Assembly: GCF_002113885.1 (NCBI RefSeq)
Contig: NW_018407609.1
Coordinates: 1,929-65,928 of the forward strand
DNA: 64,000 nucleotides
Direction: 5' to 3'
Source: Mizuhopecten yessoensis
Taxonomy: Eukaryota
Part shown: in pieces, positions 36,001 through 47,149 of the stretch
Layout of the letters: each line of letters opens with the position of its first letter
How positions within the stretch are numbered: position 1 is the first letter of the stretch
Made by a program: the position numbers and the translations under genes
Notes under the pieces: model-generated
Databases searched by the model: none
What the model was told of the DNA's origin: nothing
The model's input: the letters and a program-made list of their open reading frames with translations, nothing else

Positions 36001-38143
36001 AGACAATAGCCTCTGTGAAAAGCTTGTTCATCTATGGCAGAAAATATTGTTAAGACAAAGAATGCGACGTCACATTAAGAAAAAAATGTCAGGGTTATTG
36101 TGACGTAATAATGAATAACGTTCATTGTTTACTATCATTACACTACACCAAACTCTCTGATCGCTCGGATTAAAAACGTAAAGATTATTGTATATCGTCA
36201 TAACTGATGTTAAAATAAGAAGGATACGGGCGGGAAATTTTATTTCAATATCTTTTAAAATCGATATCTCACACAAATCAAGCTGAAACATAAGAAATTG
36301 GAAAGCATACACACGTTACTATTTAATTGACATATCATAGCTTACTACTACCAAACGCGTTTTCCTAACTATTCATTTTTTAATAACAAACTATTTCATA
36401 AGATACATCTGAAACGTTGACAAACGATACTTTAGCAATGTTCTAAAAATGGTTTATTGATACAATTCTCAAGAAACATCAGCTGTAGACATTTATTCCA
36501 TAAATATGTTGCTTTTGGCTTGAAGAATACTTATAATAAGCTATATAAAAATGCTACTGTGCAGAACAGAACGGCTTGGAACTTTCGCGGTTACTGATAT
36601 TCAACTATTTCACGCTTGTTACATTTCATGGTTAGAAGAATCCGTTCCTGCAATATCGTTCTTTTTCTGGTATAAAGAGGTCGAAGTTTCATCCTCAATA
36701 GTGTATTTATTAAAATAGAAATCCCCGCCAACATTTCCGGCTATACAATATATTTATGCTGTTGCATCGCTCATCGCATCTTTACTGAATCCTCTATATA
36801 TTGTGATAGACGATGGAATCTGCTGTGACGGAAAATGTCAACGCCACTGAGGAGAAGACTTGTTTGTATGATGAGGATGAACCCGTCATGTCAGAGGAGT
36901 TAAAGACTACCATTACAGCCTTGTGTGGGCCTCGAAAGATTCGTCACCTGACCCGGAAGGGCGAGTGTCAGGATATACCACAGGACGGGAGTCAACAAGG
37001 TAAACAAGTACATATGTAATTATATATAAGGGGTGTCCCAATAAGCCTTGAGTGTATAACGATATATTGCAATACCGAACGTATATATTGGATATGTATC
37101 CCGATACATAGTCATAAGAAAATAGTTTCAATTTAAAACGAAATCGTTGTCAGAATCAAAGTTAAACTGTCAAACCAATCATCGATTACGAAATTCTAAC
37201 GGATTCCCACTACTAGTAATAACCTGCGTTATGGTTATTGATAAGCTTTTGAAAAAATTACAATATGCCTGTGTATTGCGATATACCGGTTTCCTGATAT
37301 ATTTTGACTGTCCGAATATATTCAATGCCGGTGGAATAGATATGAATGGAGAACTCATATTTTAGCAATAACGGGTCTTGCGTCGTGGTGTTCAGAAGTT
37401 CTAAATATAACAGTTAACTTCATAATATTTAGCATGGATGCTATTCAAATTGGGGCTGAAATTGTGGGTTACGAGTATCTATAACATCTTGAAATTTAAA
37501 TGGTTACGCTCCTGATTTTATCTGCACATTAAGATTTATCATTGACAGAATCGAAGGCACACTGATATCAAAACCAGTCGATTACGCAATTACGCTGTAG
37601 CGCGATTCAACTTTATTTTTAATCACAGCATTGTTCTGTGATCACAGGTGTGCAAGATTCCAGACCAGTCAACTCGTTTCATCCACACAAAAAGCGCATA
37701 CAGGGACTTTGCATGTCTGAAATGAATAAAAATTGCAGAATAGATAATCATGTGATATTGAAAGCAGTACTCTTGAAATTTGATATAGAGGAAATTTCGA
37801 TCTGCCCATGATAACAAATAATGTCTATCAACGTTTTGAAAAAACAGACTTGTTTGTCGAAATACTTCATATTGCCAAGTGGATGTCTGAATTGTTTTTA
37901 CTTATTTTTCTTTTTCCCCCTTATTTAGATGACGACGATAACGACTCGGAGGTGAATTCTGAATCAGGACTTCTCGTCCGCCGTAAAAGGTTTTGGGGAA
38001 GGTGTCCCTACAGATGCAAATGGTTCTGTCGTAGGGTGACCATATGCTGCTACAGGCGATCGTGCCGCTACTTCTTTTGTACGTGGAGGAGATACTGTTA
38101 CCGTACCACACACTACTACCTAAAATGTGGGAGATTTTGCTAA
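33035..38143 (+). CDS. Secreted BRICHOS-domain precursor of a cationic cysteine-rich (putative antimicrobial) peptide, 247 aa
   Basis: GT-AG exons 33035-33118, 34062-34202, 35121-35234, 36810-36999 and 37929-38143 join in frame (744 nt). Signal peptide MRLLIVVAVGLLAVIGQTTSA. BRICHOS-like motifs TVVTDHALNMRVV...DCHFLEL and ELKTTITALCGPRKIRHL. An acidic linker and RRKR are followed by FWGRCPYRCKWFCRRVTICCYRRSCRYFFCTWRRYCYRTTHYYLKCGRFC. Confidence 0.85.
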
Positions 38144-41100
38144 TTCGAAGACCAGACCAGGACAAATTTAATAACCAATTAGACATGATCATCATAATTT
38201 GCAATTATCGCACACGTTATTTACACGTAGCTATTATGACATTGAATTGTGGACATCACAATTTTGGGGCCAGCATCGAAGTACGGATAATTATTAACTG
38301 CGCTTGGCATTTACACATGTTGATCTAATTTAGGAAATTTGAAAATAATTTTCGTTTTGACTGTAGAGAGAAAAAAATATTGTCCTGCTTAAAAAGTATT
38401 CCCATATATTCGTAGCTAAATTAAGACGACTATAAAACTCTCGTTAGATTTGTTTAATTCATTTAATTCTTTGCTTCGATGATTGCTTTTTTAACATTCC
38501 TGTACTGAACTATTATGCTTTTCGTCTCTTGTTGAGTTAACAAAGTTTTTACTCTTTCTCCTACCATTCATTGGATTGTCTCCCTTTTTATCAGTTTAAG
38601 ATTTATCTGTTAAGTCCTAGGGTATGCTTTCTATCCCAACCTCTATGGTATGACGGATAGCATGTGGAAAGAAATGACACATTGACGTCACGCAAACAAT
38701 AAAATATGATGTCACAGTCACCTTTCGACCGGCGCAAATTAGCATGTAAAACTGTCTCAAATGCTGAAAACAACCTTTTCACAGAATATTCAAAAGCTCT
38801 TAAAACTTCGCCATCAGTTATTTTTAGATTTATTTTTATAATTAACTGTAATTAAGCTTACTTATGTGTCCTTTGCTTATTTTTTCTCTTCACATTTTTA
38901 TAATATATATTACATATGCGAAATTCATTGAATGCGGTTGTGACAAATTAACTCAATAAATAAAAGAAATTAACTTGTCTTTGTGATTCATTGGTACACG
39001 GCGTTAGGAGCCGATCCTTGTTACTATTTATGAAAACTTTTCGGAGAAAATATCAGGAAGTGTAAGTAAAATTAATTAATTCATGATATTTTCTTTTAAA
39101 CGTTAAGATCTTTCCGAATTTCAAATGGTTTCTGATTGAAATTCGCCACTTGGCAGAGCTGGTTACTTTATAAAACACTATCTTGTTCCCATAAAATAGC
39201 TGTCCAATCATTTTTTAAATCAATCATGAACCGAAAATAAGGATGTCAAAGAATCTTTTTTACAATATTTTCGGTATTCAAAGCGATTCTATTCATGCAT
39301 TTTATCCCAGATTTGGATGTACTAACGCACATTTCTTTTAATATAAGTTTCATATTTTACAATATTAGTTACAGGATTCTATTGGGTTCCCGATGAATAA
39401 CGGCGACATGAAAGTAACTGAAACCCGTATGACTTACTTTAACATAAAAAACCAATTCGAAACGATACTGGCTTACTGTCGATTTTCATCTTTTTACATT
39501 GTTTTGAAATGTCATAAAACACTTTGGTTGATGCTATGTGATACTTTGCTTAAATACTTGAGTTTGTAGCAATAACCGATTTCTGCGCTTTGTGGTTAAC
39601 TTGCTCTAATATTTGTGATATAATCGAGGATAGTATGATACATATCAAAGATACAGTCAAACCTGCTCATGTGACCATTAAGAAACCACCTGTGTTGTAA
39701 TGTTCTCCATTGTAAGGATTTCATTATGAAATTAAATTGTATTAGCAGACTACCTGTGTTAAGAGACCGCGCTGGATCTTCCATTGGCCGGTCTCACGTA
39801 TTATATCCCCAATCCCTTTTCATTAATAATTCATTTTTATATTTAATTTCGATCCTTTTTGTTTCAACATGAAAGTTACTTATTTTTGACTTGTGACCGG
39901 ATACCGTTAACAAATGACCTCACTGTTCATCTGGAACTATCTGAAATGATAATAGTCATGATGTACCACTTGGTAATGATTTTCCCATATGAATTGCTAT
40001 GCTCAATCTGGGAATAAAACCCTAACAATATGTGTCAACAAGTAAATACATAAGACTAAGCTTTCTAGTGTACAATACACCTACATCATTTAGTCCTGTC
40101 TGGTAAGATTTTATTTAATCAGTTTAAACATACCTTTGATTTAATACACCAGGCAGTATTCAGACTTGTCAGAATCATTCTGATGATTCGTTGTCCTTTT
40201 ATACATAATTTTATGAAAAAATAGACCCATGAGCATCCGTTGTTTACATCAAAATATGTTTTCTTAAAAATTCTACGACAGACGTCATAGGTATGAGGAG
40301 TGCAATTGTGGCAATCTGTCTCAGGATCATATTCCAGCAGGTGAAGTGCGTGAAGTTGACACATTCTACAATAAAATCATGTTTTTGGTTATATTTATAT
40401 CAACATACATTATTGCTGAAGACATATTCATTAAGCCACAAACAGTAGTTTTTTTTTAATTGTTTTTGAAAATTTCGTGAAATGATAAATGACATAATCA
40501 TCATTTTCCATAGAGTTTTGAAGAAAGATGATGATTAGGGGATGGGTTGTATTCCATTTTTTTAAAGTTGTGTCTGTGAAACTGACTTCAATTCCTTCCA
40601 GCACAGTTTTGCATGGAACACCTAAATGAATTGAAAAAAAAGTCAAAAGTTGTAAATTTGTAACACAACAAACGGTTTGATATGCGCTTATTCCGTTTGA
40701 TGTAATTCTACATATGGTTCGGAACATTTGACATAATATATCATTATTTTGTCCTTGGTATAACAAGTTCTTTTAAATCTTTTAAATATGTGCTCACTTA
40801 CTCTAAGACAGAACAGTATTGTATTCAAAACAGTTTCTCATAAACATTTGTAAATGTTATTCGTTATACGTTATAGATGCGGCTTTCCGGCTGTGGTGGC
40901 ATTTAGTCCCAATCAGTACCAACATTATATTGCAGGGAATTGTACATTACCAAACAAACAGATAAAGTCCTTATTATCATGTTTAACAAACCTTAATTGA
41001 AAATGCAATCACTTGTGAGAGTGTTAGTTTATTATTGAAGAAAAGAAGAAAAATAAAGCTGATCCCGATTGAAGAAAAGTAAATTAATTATAGGTCTTCC

Positions 41101-41965
41101 ACATAATAGTACGAGATTTTGGGTAAATAAAACAAGTTTAATTTTAAGGTTAAGGTATAGCAACGAATTGATAATTTATTTACTTAATGTGGCAAGGCAG
41201 TGGAGAAATTTTGTTGGAATAAAGAATGTCTTCTATAAAATCTGCATAACCTAGTCTTGATATTCAGGGATATGTCACCGCGAGTTTGATAAATATGTGC
41301 TTTTCGGATTGGCAAAGAGGTATGGCTACGAATCGCTTCAGGAATATTATTTGAAGAAAAGCTAGCTATTGGTAGAATTTTGAGAAATAGTGGAAACTAC
41401 AAGATAAGAAAACTATCAGGACCATAAAATATTTTTTCAATTAGATATTTTTCTAAGGTCAATAGTTTTGATACACCTCATACTTTTTCCTGCCTTTTTA
41501 TTCATATTGTCTAGTTGTTTTCATTCCAATTAACTAAAATGTCCCAGCGGCGTTAACATACACCGGATTGTGTTCGTTAAGGATAACGATTAGTTATTTA
41601 TCATGTTTCTGTCCCATTCGTTTTATTATCCTTCTATAGGTGGTCAAATAACTTGTTTATGTCGCAAAACACAACTCCAACATCTTTCCTGGAGTTAACT
41701 AACCTTATTTTTTATCACATTCACCAATTAGTTTATTTCAGATTGTTGAGTCGTAATCTGAATTAGCCTTCTGTTCATAAATTGAAAAAATAAAACATTG
41801 AAAAAACAATTGTGAACATATCTGGCAATGTGTATTGCTAGCACCCTTCCCATAATGTTTATCTGAGAAATTTTCTTTAAAATAACTCGGAATGTGAAAT
41901 ATTTGTTGACATGCAGCCGCTCTTGCTGTTTCTGGAGACTTGGACAATGCAATGGGAAAAAAGTC

Positions 41966-43062
41966 AACAAGAGGCCCAATGGCCTCAGCGGTCACCTGAG
42001 TTATATCATAGGTACTGGTAGCTTTATTTTATTGTTTAGATGTGATGTGAAAATCAGTATGTAAACTAAGTGAAATACAATACTTGTCATGTCATCAAAG
42101 GATAAGAATTTTAAAATATTGGTAAATGTTCCCGTTAGGGCCCCGCCCTAGCCCCTGGGGAGGGGGCAGGAATTCCAATTTTACAATGTAATACCCTCAT
42201 CCACCAAAGATAATTCTGACCAAGTTTGAATATTTTTCTGCTGAAAATGGATAAAATATACCCAAAAGTGTCATTTCGCTATGTAAACTATAGTAAACTT
42301 TACCCCCTCCCAAAGGGGGAACGGATGGCTCAGGGGTCCTGAAATTGACAATTTCAATAAAGCTCCTGATGATTGTACCTCCGAGTCTGGAGTAGAAGAT
42401 TTTTCTTTGAAATATTAGTAAATTTTCCCTTTGATCCCCACCCTGGCCCTTGGGGTTGAGGTCGGAATCCCAATTTTACATTTTAAAACCATCTTCTTCC
42501 AAGGATAATTCTCACCAAGTAAGAATAATTTCCTACAGAAAATTGTAAAAATATACACAAAAGTGTTATTTCCTTATATAAGCTATAGTAAACTTTACCC
42601 CCTCCCACAGGGAGGGCCCAGGGGTCCTGAACCTGAATTTACAATTTAAATAAAGCCCCTGATGATTTTTCCATCCATGCAGAGAAAATGACTGTAGTAC
42701 CTCTGAGTCTGGAGAAGGTATTTTGAAATATTGGTTAATTTTCCCTTTGGGGCCCCACCCTGGCAGCTAGGGTTGATTAGGAATCCCAATTTTACAATTT
42801 AAAACCATCTTCCTCCAAGGATAATTCTCACCAAGTAAGAATATTTTCCTACAGAAAAGTGTCAGCCCCTGGCCCCAGGGGTTGGGGTAGGAATCTAAAT
42901 TTAACAATTGTGTAGCCTCATCTACTAAGGATGGTTCTGACAAAGTTTGAAACAAATCCATCCACTGGTTCTTGAGAAGTTGAAAATGTACAAAGTTTAC
43001 GCACGACGACGGACTGAAAGTAATCGGAATAGGTCACTTGAGCAAAGCTCAGGTGACCTAAA
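41966..43062 (+). mobile_element. Complete Helentron/HINE-like non-autonomous element with internal tandem repeats
   Basis: 5' end AACAAGAGGCCCAATGGCCTCAGCGGTCACCTGAG. The 3' end has an ACGACGAC microsatellite, then the hairpin AGGTCACTTGAGC-AAA-GCTCAGGTGACCT. Internal repeats have a ~300-bp period (AAACTTTACCCC at ~42296 and ~42590). Confidence 0.8.
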
Positions 43063-43684
43063 AAGTGATAGGAGACTCTCGAAACATATCTTGATGACAA
43101 ATCTCCTCTTTTTTGGTATTGATGAGTCGGATGGTGAAGACTTTAAAGTCGAAGATGACATACGAGTACCTACAGAAGACTGTGTAAACAAGGTTATACG
43201 TGTTGTACAAGAAAAACTGGAGGTACGCGAGGAGACCTATGTAGAGCGTGCTCATCGGGTCGGACATAAAGCGGAAGGTAAGGCCAGGCCTATAGTCGCA
43301 AGGTTTAAAAGGCGTGACCAAAAAGAAAAAATTAAACAATTAGCACCCAAAAAGTTGAAAGGATCTAAATTTCGCATAACAGAACAATTCCCCTGGGAAG
43401 TTCGTGAGACTAGGAGGAGGCTTTGGCCAGCATGTAAGAGTGCTCGGGACGAGGGAAAGAAGGCATACTTTGTGCGTGAAAAGTTGTACATTGATGGTAT
43501 TTTGTACACCGAGCCTACAGTAATAGCGACCACTACCAAGGACACTGGTGGAGCCATCCCTAAGCCAAGTAATCATGGTAACAGAGCCAGCCAAGGAACA
43601 GCTAGTCGTGGTCAAGGCAAAGCTAGTCGTGGACGAGGAAGTGGACGAGGAAATGTCGGTCGTGGACATCATCCTGTTTCATAG
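43063..43684 (+). CDS. LINE ORF1 C-terminal part (L1-ORF1/Tnp_22-like RRM-CTD, RG-rich tail)
   Basis: Motifs NLLFFGIDE, VERAHRVG, RPIVARF, ITEQFPWEVRETRRRL and KLYIDG. The tail is ASRGRGSGRGNVGRG. Confidence 0.82.
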
Positions 43685-43690
43685 GACAAT

Positions 43691-46600
43691 GTGGAGTGTG
43701 GGGACACGCCCCAGAATCTCAAAGTTCTATCATGGAACATAAACGGTGGACTTGACAATAAGTTAAAGACAATAAGTTTTTTAAATTATATCAAGACATA
43801 TGACTTGATTTTTCTATCTGAATGTTGGATACCCAATGATTATTCTTTATCAATTGAGGGGTTTTCGTGTTATATTTACCCTAGATTACTAGTTGTAGGA
43901 TCTCAAGGTGGTGGGATGGTTATTCTTGTTAAAAACGTGTTTGTAAATTATGTATCTGTAATTGAATCAATATATGATTCAATCATATGGTTAAAGGTAT
44001 CGAAAACCCTTATTGATAACCAAAATGATTTATATATAGCATGTGTTTACATGCCACCTTCTAGTTCTGTATATTATAACATGTACAACTGTGACCTTTT
44101 CTTTGAACTTGAAAATGGTATTGTAAATTATAGTTCCCTCGGGGACATTATGATGGTTGGAGATTTTAATAGTCGTACAGGTATCCTACCTGATTATATC
44201 CAGAATGATGTAATTCATTCCAGTATTAAAAATTGCCTCTCCAATATAATAAATTATGAACCTGATGACGGTTTAAAAATCAGGCATAACCCAGATGTAG
44301 TAATTAACACTTTTGGTAATCGCCTGATACAGCTATGTAAATCATGTAATATGTGTATATGTAACGGAAGAGACCAACAAGGATATTCTAATGATTTTAC
44401 ATACTATGGACACAACGGCATGAGTACTATAGATTACTGTATAATTACAGATTCATTATTTAATATTCTGGAACAATTTATAATTTCAAATTTTAATGTA
44501 TTTTCTGACCATGCTCCTTTGCATATTCAATTAAAATGTCAGATTTATCACACTGTTACACATGAGGTTACTGAAAGTGGTGAGCGTAAACCATTATACA
44601 AATGGAATGATGATTTTAAGGATTGTTTTTTAAATTTGTTGTCTGACAATCAGGAGAACCTATGTGTTGCTGTAACCATCCCTGATGCTGTTAGTCAGTC
44701 TGATATTAACACTAGTGTGAGTAGTTTTACTGAAATACTGATGAAATCTATGGAACCTTTCCTTGTAAAATTAACTAAATATTGTGATGCCAATCAAGAT
44801 AACCATAATTATACATGCCGAGATGGGTTAATCAATTTTAATACTGATAAACCATGGTTTGATATGGAATTGAAAACTTTGTACAACTTGTACAAATCAG
44901 CTCTGTATAACTTCAATAAGGAAAAAAATGTATTTAATCATGCTCTGCTTGTGGAGAAGAAAAGGAACTATAAATTAAAAGAATCTATGAAAAAAAGAAT
45001 GTACTTAAAGTGTGAAGGCGACATGCTTGAATACATGAGATTTAACAATCCTAAGGAATTTTACAGAAATTTCACTGCAACCAAGTCCAAGAAACCAGAT
45101 ATTGAATTGAAAGTTTTATTTGAGCACTTCAAAAATTTGGCCAGGAACGATAACTCTGATCAAGAACCTGATCAATCTCACAATCATTCAGATGAAGTAC
45201 CACTATATGAAGAATTGGACCAAGTAATTACTATTGATGAAATTTGCAAAGCAATCAGTAATTTAAAGAAGGGAAAATCCCATGGTATAGATTGCATCTT
45301 AAATGAAAGTTTATTGGTAGGGAGGGATATTTTATTACCTATTTTGTGTAAACTTTTTAACAATATATTGGACTCTGGTCTCTATCCTGCTGATTGGGCA
45401 GTTGCTGTAATTACACCGGTACATAAAAAGGGTGACCTAACTGACCCTAACAATTTTAGAGGTATAAGTATAGTAAGTTGTTTAGGAAAATTATTCACTT
45501 CTGTTTTAAACAATAGACTTTTAAAATGGTCAGAAACATATGATGTAATAACTGATGCTCAATTTGGGTTTAGACCTGGTCTTAGTACAGTAGATGCTAT
45601 ATTTTGTTTACATTCTATTATATCCAAATCATTTATTAATAAGAAAAGATTGTATTGTTGCTTTGTCGATTTTCGTAAAGCATTTGATATGGTAAATAGA
45701 ATAAATTTATGGAATAAGCTATCAAAACTTGGTATAAGAGGAAAGCTATTACAAGTTGTAAGGTCTATGTACTCTCATGTTAAATCTTGTGTTAAATTAG
45801 ATGGAAAGTTGTCAGATTTTTTTCTTAACAGGGTTGGATTATTACAGGGTGAAATTCTGTCACCGATATTTTTTTCTATGTATATAAATGATTTTGAATC
45901 ATATTTTATACAAAATTGCAAGGGTAGTTATGAGTTTGAGGAACTCAGTTTATATCTGATGCTATATGCTGATGATCTGGTATTATTCTCCGAGACTGTA
46001 GAAGGTCTCCAAGATATGCTTGATAATTTAGAAAAATATTGTACTGAATGGAATTTAACTGTAAATGCTGAAAAGACAAAAATTGTAGTTTTTAGAAAAG
46101 GTGGAAGATTGCATAATGAGGAAAAATGGTATTACAAAGGAAGTAAGGTTGAATGTGTGGATCAATTTCCTTACCTAGGTGTTATTTTAAATTACAACAA
46201 TAAATTCACATCTATACAAAAACAATTAGCTAGCCAAGGACGAAAAGCTATGTTTGCATTATTTGCAAAGTGTTCATCATTAAACTTAAATGTAAAAACT
46301 ATGCTCCATCTTTTCGATACATATGTAAGCAGTATCCTTTTCTATGCAAGTGAAATTTGGTGTATGCACAAAGCTCCAGAGATAGAACATGTACATTTAC
46401 ATTTTTGTAAGAAACTACTAAAAGTGAAGAAATCGGCCAATAACAACATGGTATATCTTGAATTGGGACGGTTACCTCTAGTTTGTATGAGAAAAATTAG
46501 AATGATAAAATATTGGTTTAAATTATTAAAATCTGAAAATTGTATTATATCAACTTCCTATAGGTTTTTATTACAATGTTGTAGTAGAAATGATTTCAAC

Positions 46601-47149
46601 TGGGCTATAGCAGTAAGAGATGAATTAAACAATCTAGGTCTTAGTGATGTTTGGTTTAATCCATGCATCTCTCAGCAAAATCTGTTATTACCATTGATAA
46701 AACAAAGAATTTTTGATCAAGGCATACAATCCCTAAGGGCCACAGTGGAAAACTCTCCAAAATGTTTATTGTATAAACATATAATAGATTTTGGAGAAAC
46801 ATTACAATTTTACCTCACAAAATATATACCAAAGAAATATCGCATTTGTTTAACTCGAATACGTACATCTACCCATTCTTTAGCTATAGAAGTTGGAAGG
46901 TATAATAATATACCTAGAGAACGTAGATATTGTAAACAGTGTAACTCCCCCTCTGAATTAGAGGACGAATTTCATTTTTTATTGGTCTGTTCTAAATTCC
47001 AAAATCTCAGATCTCGTTTTATCAAAAGCTATTATTGGAAAAAACCATCTGTGTTTAAAGTCGTCCAGTTATTGAGTGTCCATAATATTAAAGAATTGTG
47101 TATACTAGGAAAATTCATATATGAGGCAAACAAATTAAGGGTATTATAA
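43691..47149 (+). CDS. LINE ORF2: apurinic-type endonuclease, reverse transcriptase and C-terminal Cys/His motif
   Basis: APE motifs SWNING, LSECW, GDFN, IDY, SDH. RT motifs QFGFR, DFRKAFD, QGEILSP, LYADD, YLG. C-terminal CKQC...EDEFHFLLVC. No stop codons. Confidence 0.96.
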   Translation: MECGDTPQNLKVLSWNINGGLDNKLKTISFLNYIKTYDLIFLSECWIPNDYSLSIEGFSCYIYPRLLVVGSQGGGMVILVKNVFVNYVSVIESIYDSIIWLKVSKTLIDNQNDLYIACVYMPPSSSVYYNMYNCDLFFELENGIVNYSSLGDIMMVGDFNSRTGILPDYIQNDVIHSSIKNCLSNIINYEPDDGLKIRHNPDVVINTFGNRLIQLCKSCNMCICNGRDQQGYSNDFTYYGHNGMSTIDYCIITDSLFNILEQFIISNFNVFSDHAPLHIQLKCQIYHTVTHEVTESGERKPLYKWNDDFKDCFLNLLSDNQENLCVAVTIPDAVSQSDINTSVSSFTEILMKSMEPFLVKLTKYCDANQDNHNYTCRDGLINFNTDKPWFDMELKTLYNLYKSALYNFNKEKNVFNHALLVEKKRNYKLKESMKKRMYLKCEGDMLEYMRFNNPKEFYRNFTATKSKKPDIELKVLFEHFKNLARNDNSDQEPDQSHNHSDEVPLYEELDQVITIDEICKAISNLKKGKSHGIDCILNESLLVGRDILLPILCKLFNNILDSGLYPADWAVAVITPVHKKGDLTDPNNFRGISIVSCLGKLFTSVLNNRLLKWSETYDVITDAQFGFRPGLSTVDAIFCLHSIISKSFINKKRLYCCFVDFRKAFDMVNRINLWNKLSKLGIRGKLLQVVRSMYSHVKSCVKLDGKLSDFFLNRVGLLQGEILSPIFFSMYINDFESYFIQNCKGSYEFEELSLYLMLYADDLVLFSETVEGLQDMLDNLEKYCTEWNLTVNAEKTKIVVFRKGGRLHNEEKWYYKGSKVECVDQFPYLGVILNYNNKFTSIQKQLASQGRKAMFALFAKCSSLNLNVKTMLHLFDTYVSSILFYASEIWCMHKAPEIEHVHLHFCKKLLKVKKSANNNMVYLELGRLPLVCMRKIRMIKYWFKLLKSENCIISTSYRFLLQCCSRNDFNWAIAVRDELNNLGLSDVWFNPCISQQNLLLPLIKQRIFDQGIQSLRATVENSPKCLLYKHIIDFGETLQFYLTKYIPKKYRICLTRIRTSTHSLAIEVGRYNNIPRERRYCKQCNSPSELEDEFHFLLVCSKFQNLRSRFIKSYYWKKPSVFKVVQLLSVHNIKELCILGKFIYEANKLRVL

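Noticed and set aside
42947-43062. N-terminus of the 245-aa ORF as genuine LINE ORF1 start
   Set aside because: It lies inside the HINE terminus, so the ORF is chimeric.
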